DNA from: Tricharina praecox
Lineage: Eukaryota
Length of the DNA stretch: 64,000 nucleotides
Direction: 5' to 3'
NCBI RefSeq assembly: GCF_024521635.1
Contig: NW_026250403.1
Span: 248,001-312,000 of the forward strand
The notes below the pieces were generated by a model that was not told the origin of the DNA, made no database searches, and was given only the letters and a program-made list of their open reading frames with translations. This document shows, in pieces, positions 61,894-64,000 of this stretch; the stretch's first letter is position 1, and every line of letters starts with the position of its first letter. Made by a program: the position numbers and the translations under genes.

Positions 61894-63209
61894 ATGGGTG
61901 TCGCCGAAAGAATCAAAGAGATCGAAGATGAGATGAAGCGGACGCAGTTCGTCACCCTATGCCGCACCTCCTCCTCCTCCTCATTGCGCCGCGCTGAACG
62001 GAGCTCGCTCACAGGAAAAACAAGGCGACCGAGTACCACTTGGGGCTGCTGAAGGGCAAGCTTGCGCGGCTGCGCGCAGAGCTGCTGGAGCCCGGTCCCG
62101 GCGAGAAGTCCGGCGGCGCCGGAACGGGGTTCGACGTGTCCAAATCCGGAGGTGCGTTCTTATGCTTATGGGGAGGGTGCGGTGGGGTGAGGGGTGTGAC
62201 GGGATGGGATGGGGCTGATGGAACGAGCGGATAGATGCCCGGATAGCCCTTGTGGGGTTCCCCTCTGTCGGAAAATCCACGCTGCTGTCGAAGATCACCA
62301 AGACCAAGGCGGCAGTGGCGGCATATGCGTTCACGACGCTCACGGCGATCCCGGGAGTGATGGAGTACGGCGGGGCAGAGATTCAGATTCTCGATTTGCC
62401 GGGGATCATTGAGGGCGCGGCGGAGGGCAAGGGACGAGGGCGGCAGGTCATCTCCGCCGCGAAGACGAGTGATCTCATCATGATGGTGCTCGATGCGACA
62501 AAAAAGGCGGAGCAGAGGGCGCTGCTGGAGAAGGAGCTCGAGGCAGTCGGCATTAGACTCAACAGGAAGCCGCCGAATATTTACCTCAAGGTCAAGAAGG
62601 CCGGTGGTATGAAGATCAATTTTATGTCCCCACCGAAATACCTGGACGAGAAGGTGCGTTCCTCCGAGTGATACTCCATGCACGCACGCATATCTAACCC
62701 AACCAACCCAGATGATCTCGCACATCTGCCGCGACTACAAAATGCTCAACTGCGAAGTGCTAGTCCGCGACGAGAACTGCACTGTCGACGATCTGATCGA
62801 CGTGATTCTCGCGCCGCACCGGAAGTACATCAAATGCCTATACGTGTACAACAAGATCGACTGCATTTCTCTGCCGTACCTGGACACGCTCGCGCGAGAG
62901 CCGCAGACTGTCGTCATGTCGTGCGAGCTCGACCTGGGAATCACCGATGTCGTCGACCGCGCCTGGGAGGAACTCAACTTGATCCGGATATACACCAAGC
63001 GGAAGGGCATCGCCCCGGACTTCTCGGAGGCCCTCATCGTCAGACAGAACTCGACAATCGAGGACGTCTGTAACCAAATCCATCGCAGTCTGAAGGAGAA
63101 GTTTAAGTATGCCCTCGTGTGGGGCGCCAGTGCGAGACATGTGCCCCAGAGAGTCGGCCTGAATCATTATGTGTGCGATGAGGATGTGGTCAGTATCGTT
63201 TCGAAGTAG
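61894..63209 (+). CDS. RBG2: Developmentally regulated GTP-binding protein DRG2/Rbg2 (4 exons)
   Basis: [23 protein letters not shown]2-type [32 protein letters not shown]-terminal TGS domain. Confidence 0.93.
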
Positions 63210-64000
63210 TTACCCACAGTAGCAAAAGACGGGGGGAAATTGACACAGTATGTATTAATGAAGTATTTGGCCTGGCCCCGTGCCAGCATGGTGATCTACC
63301 TATGTACCAACCACTCTTGCAAGCTTAAATGCTTAGAATTAGCATACAGACTGCGGTGTTTGAATCACGTGCACAGTACCAAACAAAGCGGGAGTTCTAC
63401 CTATTGTAGTCAAGCTGTAGACGGGCGGTGCGAAACGGTGTACAGAATATGCTGCTTGTATAGTAGGCAGCTTATTTTCGAATCGATCAACTCAACGAAC
63501 TCGAGTTTACATGTGTTACTACTAGGTAGTAGGTAGTTGGATTTTATGCTGCAAGCCATTAGAGTAACTCCCATCGCTATGCTATGAGGCTTATGATTGG
63601 CATAGGTATCAGAGAAGCTGGGTTTTGGAGATTGTGGCTGCCCTCCAGGATGGAGTCGGTCGTTATGTTATGTAAGTAGTACCAATCAACCACATCCGCA
63701 TCCGCATCCTTCCGCCGGCAGGATTCCTCCTTCACTGAGTCCTCCCATCACCCAGGTACAGCTCCTCCAGTATCCCATAGATAGACGTGGTGTCAATCCA
63801 GTGTCAATCGCTACCCGTTTTTTGCTACTGCACCTACATAAGAGGTAGGGTGGTGGTTCTGGTTCTGTTTGCAGATATCACGATCACGCAGAATCAAGTC
63901 CAAAGAGAGTAACCAAACAAGCACCATCCCAATTCCTTTATGACTTGACACCAGTTCGATTCCATTCCATCGATTCCATTCCCTCAAACAATCCCCCAAC

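Noticed and set aside
1-64000. tRNA, rRNA or snRNA genes
   Set aside because: Isolated GTTCGA words lack cloverleaf arms and no conserved RNA motif was recognised by eye; tRNAscan-SE or Infernal would be decisive.

Overview
Eukaryotic, intron-rich DNA from a filamentous ascomycete (short GT-AG introns with CTRAC/CTAAY branch sites, fungal housekeeping genes). The window has three parts. (1) 1-11.6 kb has no recognisable gene and is saturated with microsatellites and TA-N(1-3)-TA motifs. (2) 11.6-25.4 kb holds an SMP-30/gluconolactonase gene, a 15-exon aldehyde dehydrogenase with 5- and 8-nt microexons, and a decayed Ty1/copia element whose RNase H piece is folded back on itself. (3) 25.4-63.2 kb is gene-dense: DnaJ/Djp1-like, USP deubiquitinase, DNA polymerase kappa, a conserved-looking hypothetical, Rcf1, Ilv1, Rtc5/TLDc, a twin-CX9C protein, Bud27, Ral2-like kelch/BTB, Tfb3/MAT1, Ppc89-like, Cwc2 and Rbg2. 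Most interesting signal: the non-coding DNA appears heavily scarred by TA->TA-NN(N)-TA insertions. These match Tc1/mariner-type excision footprints and can be polarised against the copia reading frame and against a diverged inverted duplication (about 5.5-7.3 kb vs 19.7-21.3 kb) that brackets the SMP-30/ALDH pair. All gene models and alignments were read by eye, so exon boundaries and counts are approximate.
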